From Spirogloea muscicola (lineage: Eukaryota), in NCBI GenBank assembly GCA_009602725.1, contig WELB01000030.1, positions 280,835 to 344,834 of the forward strand: a DNA stretch of 64,000 nucleotides, in the 5' to 3' direction. The notes under the pieces are model-generated. The model saw only the letters and a list, made by a program, of their open reading frames with translations, did no database searches and had not been told where the DNA came from. Below are positions 22,716 to 35,530 of the stretch, one piece after another (the stretch's first letter is position 1; each line of letters opens with the position of its first letter). The position numbers and the translations under genes were made by a program.

Positions 22716-25700
22716 TCAGGGCCAGCCGCCGCCGGGCTTCTGCTGCAGCCAACCATATGAGTCCGACTTCTGAAAGTTCCATTCGTTGTAGCCCCAACGG
22801 TTGACCTTCAGAGACCAGAAGAACCAGCCCGCGCTGGTGCCTCCATACGTCTGCGCAGCAAGATGAGGCCATCACAGCTTGCCCAGTAAGCGAGCAGATC
22901 GTAAGTCTTCCATGTCTATTCAGGACATTCCTCCACATGCACACATATATCAGCGTCGTGTTGGCCAGTCTTCACAGTGCAGGTACAGCCGTACAGAGCA
23001 GCCGCAATGTGGCCTTGCAAGCCAGCCTAGCTCACCTCGAGCTGTGCAGTTCCAAAGTCGGCAGTGTCTTGGGATGTGGCTTGAGCATCCCCATACATCG
23101 CAAGTGACCACTCGCCCACCATAACGAGATGCCCTCCCTGCAACATGGGCATTAACACAGTCAGCACAAGGCTGCTGCTTCTGGGGAAGACCTGATGACA
23201 CAGTGCTCATATCCTCCTCGAAACCGACTGGCTCATATGGGTGACGCAGCTGCTTGGCTGTGCTTTGCTTGCTCGAAGACTCACCTTCTCAAGTCCCTTG
23301 AGATAGTCAACCGAAGTGGTTCTTGTATAGTCGATGTTGTACGCTGCGCTCTTATTAGTGAAAGTGCCATCGAAGACGTGGTAGACATGCGCATCAAAGA
23401 TGACATTGTTGTACCCCTGCCTCACAGTCATGAAGTCCTGCATACAAGTGACCACAAAGCAGACAGCTGAATGAGCTCGGAGCTCTGCTGCTTACCTATG
23501 CTCTTGTGATTGATCTTGCATGCTTAACACTAGCACATCATGGACGTGGGTAGCTGATTACGTACATCGAAGGCAGAGTCTGGTGAGTCAGTCAATGGCG
23601 AAAATGAAACATATGCGCAGGGTGAGTAGCTCCGAACAATGTCATAAGCCTGCACAGGCACAGGAAGAATCGGTGGTGAGTGATGCTTATAGAGTACGCG
23701 ATTGGGCCGTCTCCCTGAGTGCTTGCTGAGCCAGAGGAGTGGCCGCGCCCTTGTGCTAAGATCGAACATATGAAGTGCTGCTGTGCATGTCGACTTCAGG
23801 TGGCGCTGACCTTGATGTAGTAGTCCTGTAGTATGGACATCGGGATATAGTCGCCAAGGGGCTCATTCAAGAGCCCAATGCCCAAGAACATTGGCAGCTG
23901 TGCATATCTGGAGCTGAGCCAATGGATTGCATCGAGGCTCTGAGCGACGTTCTCAGGGAAATAGGCCCAGTCGGTTTTGCCATCACGTGGTGCGCTGTGC
24001 TCATAGCCATTCTGGAAATCACGAAGCAAATCCATTTCACCACAGTCAGCAACTGCTTTCCCCAGCTTGCGTTGTTACAACTTGCATAAAATGAGCAGCA
24101 CATCATCGAGTAGACATGATTTACCTGAGATCCTGGAGCTGCGTGGAAGCTGATCATGATTCGTACACCGTAATGCTCCGCCCATGCAAATGCTTGGTCG
24201 AGGTAGGCTTCCGTGCCAGCGATGAATGGTGACTCGTTTGACGCTATCCAATAGCCCACTGGCACTCTCACAGCATTGATGTTCCTTGACTTCAGGTACT
24301 GCAAAGGGGATGAGAATATCAACGTCGGGTTCACAGACAGGTTCACACGCGATAGAATAGGACAGAAAGACTGTCGCACAAATGAAAGCAAAGGCACAAT
24401 GCTGCATATAAGACATGGGACTGTGGAAGATGAGCAAGTAGCAAGCAGAATACAGTTACAGTAAAAGCGAGCACCACTTTACCTGGAAGTCTGCCTCAGT
24501 GATAAACGATGAGTGGTGCTGGGTCATGACAGAGGTGGCATTCTCCCCCGCGCTGGCCACAAGCTGGTACTCCCCATCCACATTGCTCACCTGCACAAGG
24601 CGTGAGGTGGCACAACAGCTCTCTGTGAGCTCGTTCGACTTGCTATGGCAATTGCTGAGAGCAAAAGCATTCTTTTCTTCACAGGCATTCTTGTGCTCTC
24701 AATCAGAGATAGTATGCACAGGTCGATTGGGCTAAAGAGCACATCCTAATGGTAGAATTTCAATCTTGCATGGGAAATTCCAGACTCACAGCGTGCCAGT
24801 AGAATACTGTGGGGCCATGCCAGGCAGCAGGGTCTGTGAGCTGCACAGACGCCGGGTCAACGTCGGCAGTGATATTGCCGCCAGGTGTGGCCTGGAGGTA
24901 CATCCCATTGGGCGCTTGGATCATGATCAAGGAGCTATTGTTGGGGTTGGCGACAAATCGGAAGTCCTCCAGCCCCTGCATGCTCAGCACACTCGAATTG
25001 TCAGTCATGCCTTAGCAGACACTGGCGCTTGACTGAGGAGCCGCAACGAAGCAGATGGATGTGAGGGCGCAGAGATGAGAAGCGGAGTCCCACCACGCTG
25101 CCAGCTTGCAGCTGGTCGGCGACGACCAGGAGCCCGTTGCCGCTCTTCATGGACCAGGACTCCTCGTTGAACACGCGCAGCTGGAAGACACCGGAGGGGT
25201 CCGTCCTGCGCAGGTTGAACGTCTCCCACCCGCTCGGCGAGTTGCGGTTGCACAGAACCTGGCATCCGAGCATGTCGACCTCAGGGCCACGCCCCACTAG
25301 CCTAAAAGTGGAGCCACAAAGGTGGCCTTTCCAAAGATTGCTGATAGTGAGTACCGATCATCGCAGTGGTGATGCATGCATGTTGCTGCACATAGTCAGC
25401 AGTGAAGGAGATGCAGCCCATGGAGCACTCGCAAGCTGCGGTGCGCACCTGTGTACCGCCGCTGTTTTCAGCCACCACCCAGTAGCCCGTGTAAACGGAC
25501 TGAAGCTGGATCTGTGGGGTGCAGAACAAGGATCATTAGAATTGCTTTGTCTACCATAGTGAACCTTCGGAGTCCTACAAAGGCCCGGGCAAGAAAATTG
25601 CTTGGCGAACTGCGGCACGCACCTGGGTGCCGTCAATGAGCACGGGTACGTTTGTGAAGAGGTCAGGCTGCATCCAGGCCTCGTACACGAGCCAGCCGCC

Positions 25701-27728
25701 GAGATTGACGCCCCGGATGGCAGGCACCTGCATGGCCTCGCGCACCGTGAAGGTCTCCCACGAGTACGCGTTGGCGCCCCACCGCGCCAGCCACCCATTC
25801 TGCGAGCAGCTGCCGTTGCAGGAGCAATGCGTGGCCATTTTGCATGTCAGTACTTGCAGGACCTCAGGTAGGGGCACAAGGGCATGGTGCATGCACTTTG
25901 TTTGTTTGTAAGAGTCGCCACATTAGTCAGGATTTGAAAGCAAGTCGTCGTAAGCGGGGCTTGATTCTACTGGAAAGAGCAGCAATGGTCTCACCTGACA
26001 AACAGGTTGTCGAAGGCCTTGACTTGGATCTGCTCGTCACCTACAAATTGAATTGTAAAAACGGCCGCGGGGTCTGTGTTGTCGGATGTGACGCCAATTG
26101 TCTTGCCTGAGTCCATGTTGGCCTTGAGCCAAGCGCCAGTGGGGGCCTGGAACATAACCTGCACATTCATGGAAATCTTCTCATGAGATTCTAGCAAATG
26201 AAGGCTTGTGATTACAGTGGCGCTAATCACAGACCCTCAGTCATGTAGATGGTCATCTTCATAAGTGGCCCAGTAAAGTTTGCAACAATCAAGGCCCACG
26301 GACCTGGGAAGCGCTGAGCCGGTGGATGGTGAGGGCCGTGGTCACGGGAGGCGCAGTGGTGTTCATGGCGGTGACGTACGATGTCCAGTTGGAGGCGGGG
26401 TATGCGTCCCACCACGTTGCAAAGTACGTCTCGAGCTGCACCGTGGCGCCGTCGGCGAGGCCGTTGGACCACCAGAAGGACGGCATGGTGGGCTGGCCCA
26501 GCGAGACCGTCGGCGGGCTGCTCGAGCAGCATTGACCACTGCAGGTGAAGGGGGACCCAGTCGGAGCGGGGGCCGGAGGGAGGGAGAGGCTGGGTGCCTG
26601 AGGTGGAGGTGGAGGAGGGGGGAGGGGCGCCGACGGCGGCGGCGGCGGCGGCGGCGGCGGAGGCGGCGAAAATGCCAGGCGCCGTGCGCTCGCGCGTCTT
26701 TCCGGGCCGCGATTTGTCGGAGGCGGTGGCGGCGGCCGACGCCCGCAAGATCGGAGGTGGCGCTGGCGCGGCGGCGGCGGCAGCGGCGGCGCCGCCGAAC
26801 CCGGACTNNNNNNNNNNNNNNNNNNNNNNNNNNNNNNNNNNNNNNNNNNNNNNNNNNNNNNNNNNNNNNNNNNNNNNNNNNNNNNNNNNNNNNNNNNNNN
26901 NNNNNNNNNNNNNNNNNNNNNNNNNNNNNNNNNNNNNNNNNNNNNNNNNNNNNNNNNNNNNNNNNNNNNNNNNNNNNNNNNNNNNNNNNNNNNNNNNNNN
27001 NNNNNNNNNNNNNNNNNNNNNNNNNNNNNNNNNNNNNNNNNNNNNNNNNNNNNNNNNNNNNNNNNNNNNNNNNNNNNNNNNNNNNNNNNNNNNNNNNNNN
27101 NNNNNNNNNNNNNNNNNNNNNNNNNNNNNNNNNNNNNNNNNNNNNNNNNNNNNNNNNNNNNNNNNNNNNNNNNNNNNNNNNNNNNNNNNNNNNNNNNNNN
27201 NNNNNNNNNNNNNNNNNNNNNNNNNNNNNNNNNNNNNNNNNNNNNNNNNNNNNNNNNNNNNNNNNNNNNNNNNNNNNNNNNNNNNNNNNNNNNNNNNNNN
27301 NNNNNNNNNNNNNNNNNNNNNNNNNNNNNNNNNNNNNNNNNNNNNNNNNNNNNNNNNNNNNNNNNNNNNNNNNNNNNNNNNNNNNNNNNNNNNNNNNNNN
27401 NNNNNNNNNNNNNNNNNNNNNNNNNNNNNNNNNNNNNNNNNNNTGCGGCGGCGGCAGCCATGGCGGCGCCTTGCCGGCGGCGGCTGCGCTGGCCTGCACG
27501 CTGCGAGGCGCGGGGGGCGAAACCAGAGGATTTCAGCGGAGCGCACGAGGCGAGGGCTCGCGGCGCACAGCAACCGATGCTTCACCGCAACGACGGTGGT
27601 CGCCGGAGCCAGCGCCATTACCTGCAGAAGACGAGCAGCGCGGCGAGGAAGGCCGCCGCAGCTGCCGCGCTGCGTCCAGACGGACATGTCCTGGCGCCAC
27701 CAGCAGCTGAGGCTGCTGGCCTGTCCAT
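22716..27728 (-). CDS. Glycoside hydrolase family 5 glucan 1,3-beta-glucosidase with fascin-like beta-trefoil modules and a Pro-rich N-terminus; crosses the N gap at 26808-27443
   Basis: IRGVNLGGWLVYEAWMQPDLF, IQLQSVYTGYWVVAENSGG, NRNSPSGWETFNL, INAVRVPVGYW, ISFHAAPGSQNG.EHS, IGLLNEP (acid/base Glu), IFDAHVY, VMVGEWSL (nucleophile Glu) and GWFFWSLK...WLQQKPGGGWP* (stop 22718-22716). The start codon is uncertain. Confidence 0.92.
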
Positions 27729-28599
27729 GGGGTTCGCCGTAGCGGGCCCGCGCTCCGCTAGCTCATGCTAGTGCGGCAGGCCGGTGCGGGCACGCAGTGG
27801 TGCCGTGGCTCTGCGGTGCAGCCTGCGCTGAGCTGAGCGGCCGCGTCGGCGCGAGGCCCTGCTGCGGCATGAGGGTGGCGGCTCCAGCGAGAGGCGGCTG
27901 AGTGGCACCAGGCCCTGCGCTGCAAGTGGGGAAGGGGGGAGCTGGGAGTAGGCCGGCAAGCCGCGGCGGCGAGATGGGGGTAGCCCTGCTGCAGGAGGAG
28001 AAGGCGCGCGGTGCGCATGGAATGAGAGGGTGGCCGATTCACGCCAGTGAATCATTGACCAGGCAAGCGGGCTGAGCAGGGAGAGGACGGGGGGTGGAGG
28101 AGAAATCGGCTGCTGATGTTTTAAAGAGCGGCAGTAAAAGCCAGCCAGGTGCTGGCAGAGTGTGGTCATGACTGAATTGACCATCCTTGGAGCCATATTG
28201 GAGCCACAGGCTAGAGGCTAGGGGGTGGGAGGGGGTGGCCCTGCTGCAGCCTGCAAGCGGGCTGCAAGCAGGGGAGGAGGGAGTGAGGAGGGGGGGGGGG
28301 CCGCGGGGATAGGGAGGGGCGGCGGCCGGTCGGGATTGGCACCCTCCCCGGGGGAAGTGGGGGTGCTGTTTCGGTCGCCCTCGCACGTGCCACGGCCGCG
28401 CCGGGCAGGACCTGCCCTCAGGGTCCCTGCTTGCAGCAGAGCTTTGGCGCCTTCTGGCTGCTCCCGGCAACCCCCGCACCCGGATTGGCTGCCCTGCCCC
28501 GGCGGTCCTTGTTGTCAGCGCCACGTGATCTGCTTTTTACACCTGAGGGCAGCCGAGCACGGCCGCGCACGTCGCCTGCGGGGAGGAGCTGCAGCGTGT

Positions 28600-28851
28600 C
28601 CGTGAACGTCGCCTTGTCCACAGCAGCCATGTATCGAGGGACCTTGCAGCGGTCCATGGCCCACGCTCTGCATCTGCGAGCTGGCCGTGCTCTCGCTGCG
28701 GGCTCTGGCTTTCGTCAGGGTGATAGCTTCCCGGCAGCTAGTCTGTCGGATCTGAGGCTCCTCACTCGTACTTATTGAGTGATCCATCCTCCCCCTGTTT
28801 TACCATTGCATCCTCAGGCCCCTTTGTAGCTGCTCACCGCTCTTAGGCCCC
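28600..28851 (+). mobile_element. 5'-truncated RLE retrotransposon 3' fragment (LTRTY* subfamily)
   Basis: Encodes LQRSMAHALHLRAGRALAAGSGFRQGDSFPAASLSDLRLLTRTY*. 28645-28851 matches 60351-60557 with one visible mismatch. Confidence 0.85.
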
Positions 28852-29309
28852 CCATGTATCGCGCCTGCGCCTGCGAGTCGGAGGTGTGGGCGAGGTGAGC
28901 GAAGGGGCCGCCACGCTCTCTGCAAGGGCCGACGTAAGCCCCCCCAGTGCGCGCTGCCCCCGCAGGCGGCAGTCGGCTCCCGTCGACGGCTCCTGGCGAC
29001 AGCAGAGAGCTGTCTGTGGGCCAGCGGCCAAAGGCCCGGGGAAGCAGTGCCCCCGGCCCTGCTCCCAGTACTGCTCCGAGAGCAGCTCCTCCCTCCCCAG
29101 GATGCGTCCAAGGATGGTCCCACAGTCACTGTGGCGACGGTAACTGTGCCCATGCGACGTGTTCGGAGCGTCGTTGCCATTGGCGGCAACACTGCGCAGC
29201 GGATGCTTGGGAGGCGAGTGCACCTCATCACTAGGCCGGCAAAGTGGGAAGATGGAGAGCAGCTATTACCAATGGAAGCGATGACAGTGGAAGTAGTAGT
29301 AGCTCTTCC

Positions 29310-30110
29310 GGAAGGGGCGAGGGCTGCAAAAGCCAGCCCACATGGCTGTGGAGGCCAGCCCGGGTGACGCTTTTCCGGCCTCTCGTTACTCCAATCTGCA
29401 CTTGCTGACTAGAGGTTATTGAGTGTCCACGCTGAAGTCACGAAGAGTGATTTCGTCTTTTGCACCTTCCGGCCTTTCGAGTTTTGTTCAATCTCTATGC
29501 TGGCCTTTACAGCCATTGCCTTCCATTGAAAGAGCAGTTTCTCAGAAGAAACTGCTCTACATACATATGCGGCGGCTACGGAACGAAGTGGTCTTCCTTC
29601 CTCAATGGGCGAGCCCTTCTTCCTCCATCGCCTGGCACAGCATGTCGATGCCCGCCGACGTAGTCTGGCGGGTAGCTTAGGGCATTCTAGTGTCCCGCAA
29701 GCCATCGTTGCCTGCTATAGAATGCGGCTATCATTGAGTCTACAGCGCTCCTACTCGCGATACACCAGCGTGCTGGGCGTGCATTGAGCCAGGCGAATGG
29801 CTTCCGTGGTGGTGGCCTGGCTCCTCAGCTTAGCTTGTCAGATATGTATGTGCTCACTCGCGGATATTAGTGTCCCCCTTAGCCAGCTCATTACCCCGTT
29901 ACCAGGACATTCGTAAGGCTGGAATTGGCCTCCCTTTCAATTTCATGCGCACCGCTCGCCTTCTCTCTGAGAGCTATGGGTGGGGGAGTGGCGAGTCGCG
30001 TGAGTGGGAGACCTGATTGCTGCAAAGAGAGGAATAATTCTTGCAAGATAGGCGGTGGCTGTAAAAGGCCAGCCCAGAACGAATGGACAACACCTACGGG
30101 GAAGCCCCAA
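29310..30110. mobile_element. Cluster of RLE retrotransposon 3' fragments in mixed orientation
   Basis: SNLHLLTRGY* (~29390-29422), LHRLAQHVDARRRSLAGSLGHSSVPQAIVACYRMRLSLSLQRS...SDMYVLTRGY* (~29623-29870), a type B end at 29922-29968, and hairpins at ~29320(-), 29500 and 30055(-). Confidence 0.75.
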
Positions 30111-30329
30111 CACAGGATACGCATCCACTCAGCTTATTTTGGCTACTACAGATAGCCACTCGGGAAGCATTGGTCCACAGCTGCAAGTCAAACGATTAGC
30201 AGCAGGGACAGAACCGCTCTGCCGATGTCCTGAGGCAGCAGCCAATGCACGGCCAGCACGCAGATGAAGAGTGAGAGCCCGGGTTATTACTTGCAGGAGT
30301 CAGTCAGGAGCTCGCTGATGCACTGAAAG

Positions 30330-30910
30330 TTTGCCCTGCCCCTCCACAAAGGAGCAATAGGGTCAGTAGGCTTGGTAGGCCTACTGGTACATGAACTTCA
30401 ACTGGCCCTACACCGGCAAGAGCATGTCCATGTTGCGATGCAAAAGGACCAAACAACCACGAAGTAAGCCTTGATATGAGCACCATGTCAAGTCTCCACA
30501 ATCCGAGCAAATGGTGGTGACGCAGGGTTTGTAACCATCTCTCCCCTAGTTCAGCATCGGCCCACACTGCTGGACACGCAGTGGGATGTGCAGCACTACT
30601 GTGACTAACCCCGTAGCTATCACCTCCTACCAGCCGCATGGGTTCTCGTTTTAATACTCTAGTTGAGAGCATCGCAAGTCCAGGATATGCACGGCGTGAG
30701 GATATGTTCCCAGCCGACGAGATGGGCATGCCGGCAGCCTATTTGTCGGTTTTGCGCCGTTGTTTGTCAGCCTGTTTGCAGCGAGCTCAGGCTCATGCTT
30801 TGCACAAGAAGGCTGTTTAGCTTTAGCTGGTGGCACAAGGGCCTGTCAACTGCCTTCCGGTAGTCGGGCATCAGTTAGCGACCTCTATGTGCTGCCTCGT
30901 GGTTACTGAG
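30330..30910 (+). mobile_element. Degenerate RLE retrotransposon C-terminal fragment
   Basis: Interrupted frames SASAHTAGHAVG, LRRCLSACLQRAQAHALH and SDLYVLPRGY* align by eye with the copies at 58097-58626 and 59540-60013. Confidence 0.6.
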
Positions 30911-31693
30911 CGGGCCAGCTTAGCAGCGGGTGCTGATCATCTGTCCATGCGCTTGCCTTAGTACTTGGCCACTCAGGCCCTCCATCACTCAATACACACC
31001 TCCAAATCCCTCGCAGCTTGAGGTACTCAGGGAACAGCTGCGTTCAGGCATGGGAGGCCTTCCGCGCGCTCTTGCGTGCCGGTTGTCGGGGCGTTTACGT
31101 CTTGCATGAGTCGCGCTATTGAAACCGTGAAGAGAAAGGCGCGCGGTGCGCATGACAATTGAAGGGAGGCCAAATTCGAGATTTACCAAAGCTATGGCAA
31201 CGGGGCAGTGAGCTTGCTGAGGGGGTCTATGGTACTTCCGAAAGAGCACATACATATCCGAGAGCTAAGCAAGACAGTAGTGAAGGGAGATAGCGGCAGC
31301 CTGCAACATTGGCTTCTCGAGACCCGGTTTTGGGGGAGTGCCTGCAGGAGTGCGGTGATAGGGACAGGGAGAGTGTACTTAGTGATGGAGAGCTTGATAG
31401 GACGCTCAGTATGCCCACCCGAGGAGCCCAGTGGCCGCCGCAAAAGGCTGGATGGCGTTCAGTCAGCGACCACAAGGTGGGCACGGTGGAAAGATTCTTG
31501 CTGACTTGCGAGCGTGCTGGCAAGCAGCAGCTCTGACAGCAGCAGAAAACGGCGGGGCGACAACAGGCAGCTGCAATTGCCGCAGCTGACCAACGTTGGC
31601 AAGAGGCTCCTGCTCATGCACCAATGTAGCTGCGGAGTGGAGGCTGGCGGCAGCAGCGGCGGCGGCACTGGTGGCGGCGCACTGCGGACGCGG

Positions 31694-34653
31694 ATGATGC
31701 GCCTTTTTCCTTCCTCAGCGCAGAACTGGCCCGCCGTGGGCGCCGCTGCGGCGGCGGCGCTCCTCCTCGTGGCAGCCGCGGTAACACAGCATGGGCAATC
31801 GGGCGGCCTCGTTGGCGCAGACGAGCGCGGCAGCTGTGCTGCTCAGCTCCGCGGCGCAGCCTGGCAGCTCCATGGCGGCCCGCCGCCTCCCTGGCCGGTG
31901 AGCTTCACAGCAAACCCTCTTGGCGACGTGCTCAGCCATGGCGGCCTGCCCATCTGCTGACACTTGCTGCGCTCCGTCGGCCAGCCGCTGGCGATGACGC
32001 CCAGGGTTGCCGCCGCGTCGGCGGCGGCACTGGCCGGCGGTGCGCTCTCGAGCGCCGTCGGGGCGGGCCGGGCCGGCCTCTTCGTGCCCATCTTCAGCCT
32101 GTTCCTCGGCTTCCGCCTCAGGACGTCCGCGGCGCTGTCGCAAGGTGCCCACCATGGCCTGGCCTGCAGCCCACCAAGCGACCATGAATTTCTTTACCGT
32201 CAGTAATATTGTGTCATTTACTCCAGAGCTTACTTCAGCTTGACAACATATGGAATTTTGTCAAAGACTTGCGTACAGGATTGCTCGAACGTCACAACAG
32301 CTTATTGCAGGCAATTATGGAAGTCTCTGGCTCTGTAGCAGATTCTTGTCCTCCTCAGTCCCACACTTCTGACTGTGCTTTTGAGCATATGCAGCGATGA
32401 TTGTGGGCAGCATGATACCAAACTTCGCCTTCCACGGAGGCGGAGGCACCCAGCCCTTGACCGGCCTCTGATTGACTACGACAATGCGGCACTCGTCCTG
32501 CCAACGCTGCTGCTTGGCATCAGCCTTGGGGTTGCAAGCAATGGGGCCGCGCCCGCCTCGCTCATGGCTGCTCTGCTCACGCCCCTCCTCCTCTGTAAGT
32601 CAGCTCCAGCTTCACAGTGACTAGCCTGCACAGATTGCAGATGATTGAGTCCTCAAGGAAGAGTTTTTATTCTAAGCATAGCATCTCTCCAAGTTACTCT
32701 CGCATGCAATTAAAGGTGGCATGCTGCAGGTACTATTTAGTTGGACATCCTGCAGCACACTCAACTCCCCAAGGAATACATAGGAGATGCCGCTGAAATA
32801 GTGCTTGGACGTCCTTTGCCCTACAGTTATGGCACTACAAACATACAAGTTGGCAAATGGCGCTTGCAAAGTAGAGAGAAGGCAGGTCAGTAGGCATGTT
32901 GTGCAGCTGTAAAATGCATGACTCCTTGCAGTGTTTTATCTGCACAATATCAACACTCTGCTCCATGTCTGTAGAATTCAAAGTTACGATTGCCTTGCTA
33001 AAGTCTGCACCGATATCTTGACCGCTTCTTATTACTTGGTGGACCACACTGATGCAATCAAGAATGTGACTGGAGACGCCTCTCAAAAAGCTTCTGAGAG
33101 AGCTAGCGGCAACACCAAAGAGGAAGCCGACCAGACAAATGTAATTTGTTCACCCACAGATGGACTTACTGCTATAGTTCTGAGTGTATTTCGACATTGT
33201 GCTGCTCAACCTGCTCTTGACATTCCGATGTCATTCTAGTGCACACTCCGCAATGCCACTCATCTAATCTGATCACCTGTGAAGACTGTTGGCCTGAATT
33301 CCGTGTACCAGCAATCTGTGCTGTTCCTACTTGCAGTGTGGAGCTCCTTCCTCACCTTGCAGCTTCTGCAGGTATGGCTTCTCTGGCAAGTGATGAGCTT
33401 CATAAGCCAGGCCCGATCATGCACGAGTTGCTGTCTTGCTCATGAATGTGTTGATATGAAGAAGTGTCGAGCTTCATGAGGTGCATCTTTCTCTACACCT
33501 GCCCATACTCTAGCTTCCAAGTTGCAGGTATACGCCAGCGAGGCCAGCCTTCGTTCCTGGACTTTGATGTTACTGCAGGTGAGCATGGTCCAAGATGCTC
33601 GGCAGACAAGCGGTTCCTTCGAATCTGGTCACAGGCCCTCATAGACTGCCCCTAACAAGGCACCTGGCATCAGGCACATCGTAGGCTGCCTTGGCTCAGC
33701 TGTATTGACTGAGAAACAGGAAATGAAGTGTTTTTGGCCTGTTGACATTTAATCACAGGATTGCTTTTGTGATTCATTGATGGATGCCTGATTGATTGCA
33801 GGTGCCCATCAGTCTGGCAGCCACTTTGGTGAGCATGTTGCGGCTGCAGAAGCGGGCAACTTTGGTACCGACTGGCAATGCACAGTGGGGCTGGAAGGAG
33901 CTCCTAAGTGTCACCCTCTGCGGGCTCCCTGCCGGCTGCCTGGGCGCGATGCTGGGCCTTGGCGGCGCAATCATCATACGTCCCACCCTTCTCCAGGCTC
34001 GCGTCGATTCGCAGGTGTGACATGACTGAAGGATAACAGCACTCTAAGAAGTTGTTACTTCATGTAGTCACATGAAATTATTGACTAGTTTAGTCACAAA
34101 TTTACATGAGCCAGCAGCATCGATCTGCAGGTGTGCTCTGCTACTATGGGGTTGTTGATCCTGCTGTCATCAACGCTGGCGCTTGTGGAGTACGCTATAC
34201 TCGGCCAACTCCCCATGGACTGCGCAGCCTACTTCTTGGGGCTGAGCTTCATTGCAGCCATGCTCGGCATGTTTGCTGGACGATGGGTTTTGGCACGCTC
34301 AGGCTCGTTGTCAGCTGCCACGTTCATGCTCGCAGCCATCATCGGTGCCGGCGCCGTTGTCATAGGTGCGTCTCTACGCCTCTTCACCCTTTGCATAGCC
34401 AGTGCAGGCTCAGGCTCTCTTCCGCAAGAGTATCCTGACGTGGCCTGTGGGGCTGCGCATAGCTGCAAAGAAGGAGCTCAGAGGAGTAAGGCGAAATTAG
34501 CAACAGTTGGGAACTCCTGCGGTGTCTACACGTTATGCTTCTCTTGTCATGGCTCTCTCAAGGTCGCCAGCACCTGTGCGAGCTTTTCCAGGTTCCACCA
34601 GCGGCCTTCGCCAAGAGGAGACCATGGAGAGTTGCACGTCCGCCAACCTCTAG
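31694..34653 (+). CDS. Sulfite exporter TauE/SafE family membrane protein, with an apparent 1-nt frameshift near 32436 (possible pseudogene)
   Basis: Exons: PLAMTPRVAAASAAALAGGALSSAVGAGRAGLFVPIFSLFLGFRLRTSAALSQ|AMIVG.../RHPALDRPLIDYDNAALVLPTLLLGISLGV, GLPAGCLGAMLGLGGAIIIRPTLLQARVDSQ|VCSATMGLLILLSSTLALVEYAILGQLP. Both ends are approximate. Confidence 0.85.
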
Positions 34654-35530
34654 CAAAAGAGCTTTGCTGGATCTCAGCCACCAAGCTCTGGTCCTCCCTT
34701 CCTCCTGGTAAGCCGTAGTATAAGCTCAGCTGTGGCCTTGTGGTCATTGGCGCAGCTGACGTCAAAGTTACATGCTCTGAAATGCAACTTGACCAGGGTT
34801 GAGGTAGCACAGCATGGGTCGTGTCTTTCTAGGGCCCTTATTTGTTGAGGCAAATTCGGATTGTGGTCACAGCAGCACTGCTTCGTGCAGAGGGGCGATA
34901 GGCCATCTTGTACTACACTAGCACATGCCTTACGGCCAGACTCGTTGTCAATGCTTCAAGTAGCGTATTACCTACAAGGGGCTTGCTTATACAAGGTGCT
35001 TAAGTATTTATTGATATTTTGCAGTTCGAAGCAAGGTCCCTTAGCAATCCTTATATATCGGATTAGTCAGCTCATATTGACAATGCCGAAGGGCTTCTAT
35101 GACTGAGCTTGACGCAAATATGCTGCCCTCTCTCTTTGATCTGCAGGAACCCTTACAGAAACACACAGACAAAAGCAGTGATGGGCAGACTTGCTTGCTA
35201 AGTGACTGAGGAGCCCAAGGAAAGCAATCTTGCACTATCAGCCATGATGATGATGTGGCCACAGTGGCTGATGCCACTTATTAAGCTGTACAATAGGAAA
35301 TTGACTCTCAGGCTACCGAAGTAGAAATTGTGCAACATATGTGGCTATTGCGGCAGGGGTTGCTGCCACTGCTGAACATACTGCACAGCAACACACGATG
35401 TTTGTCGTGAGCAAAGTCAAAGGTGAGCACAGATGATCGAACAAGTAGAGGTGCAAAGCACTGCGCATGAGAGGATGGACCATTGAGGAGCAAAGCTGAT
35501 CATACAGGCAAGAGGGGAAGTTAGATTTAC

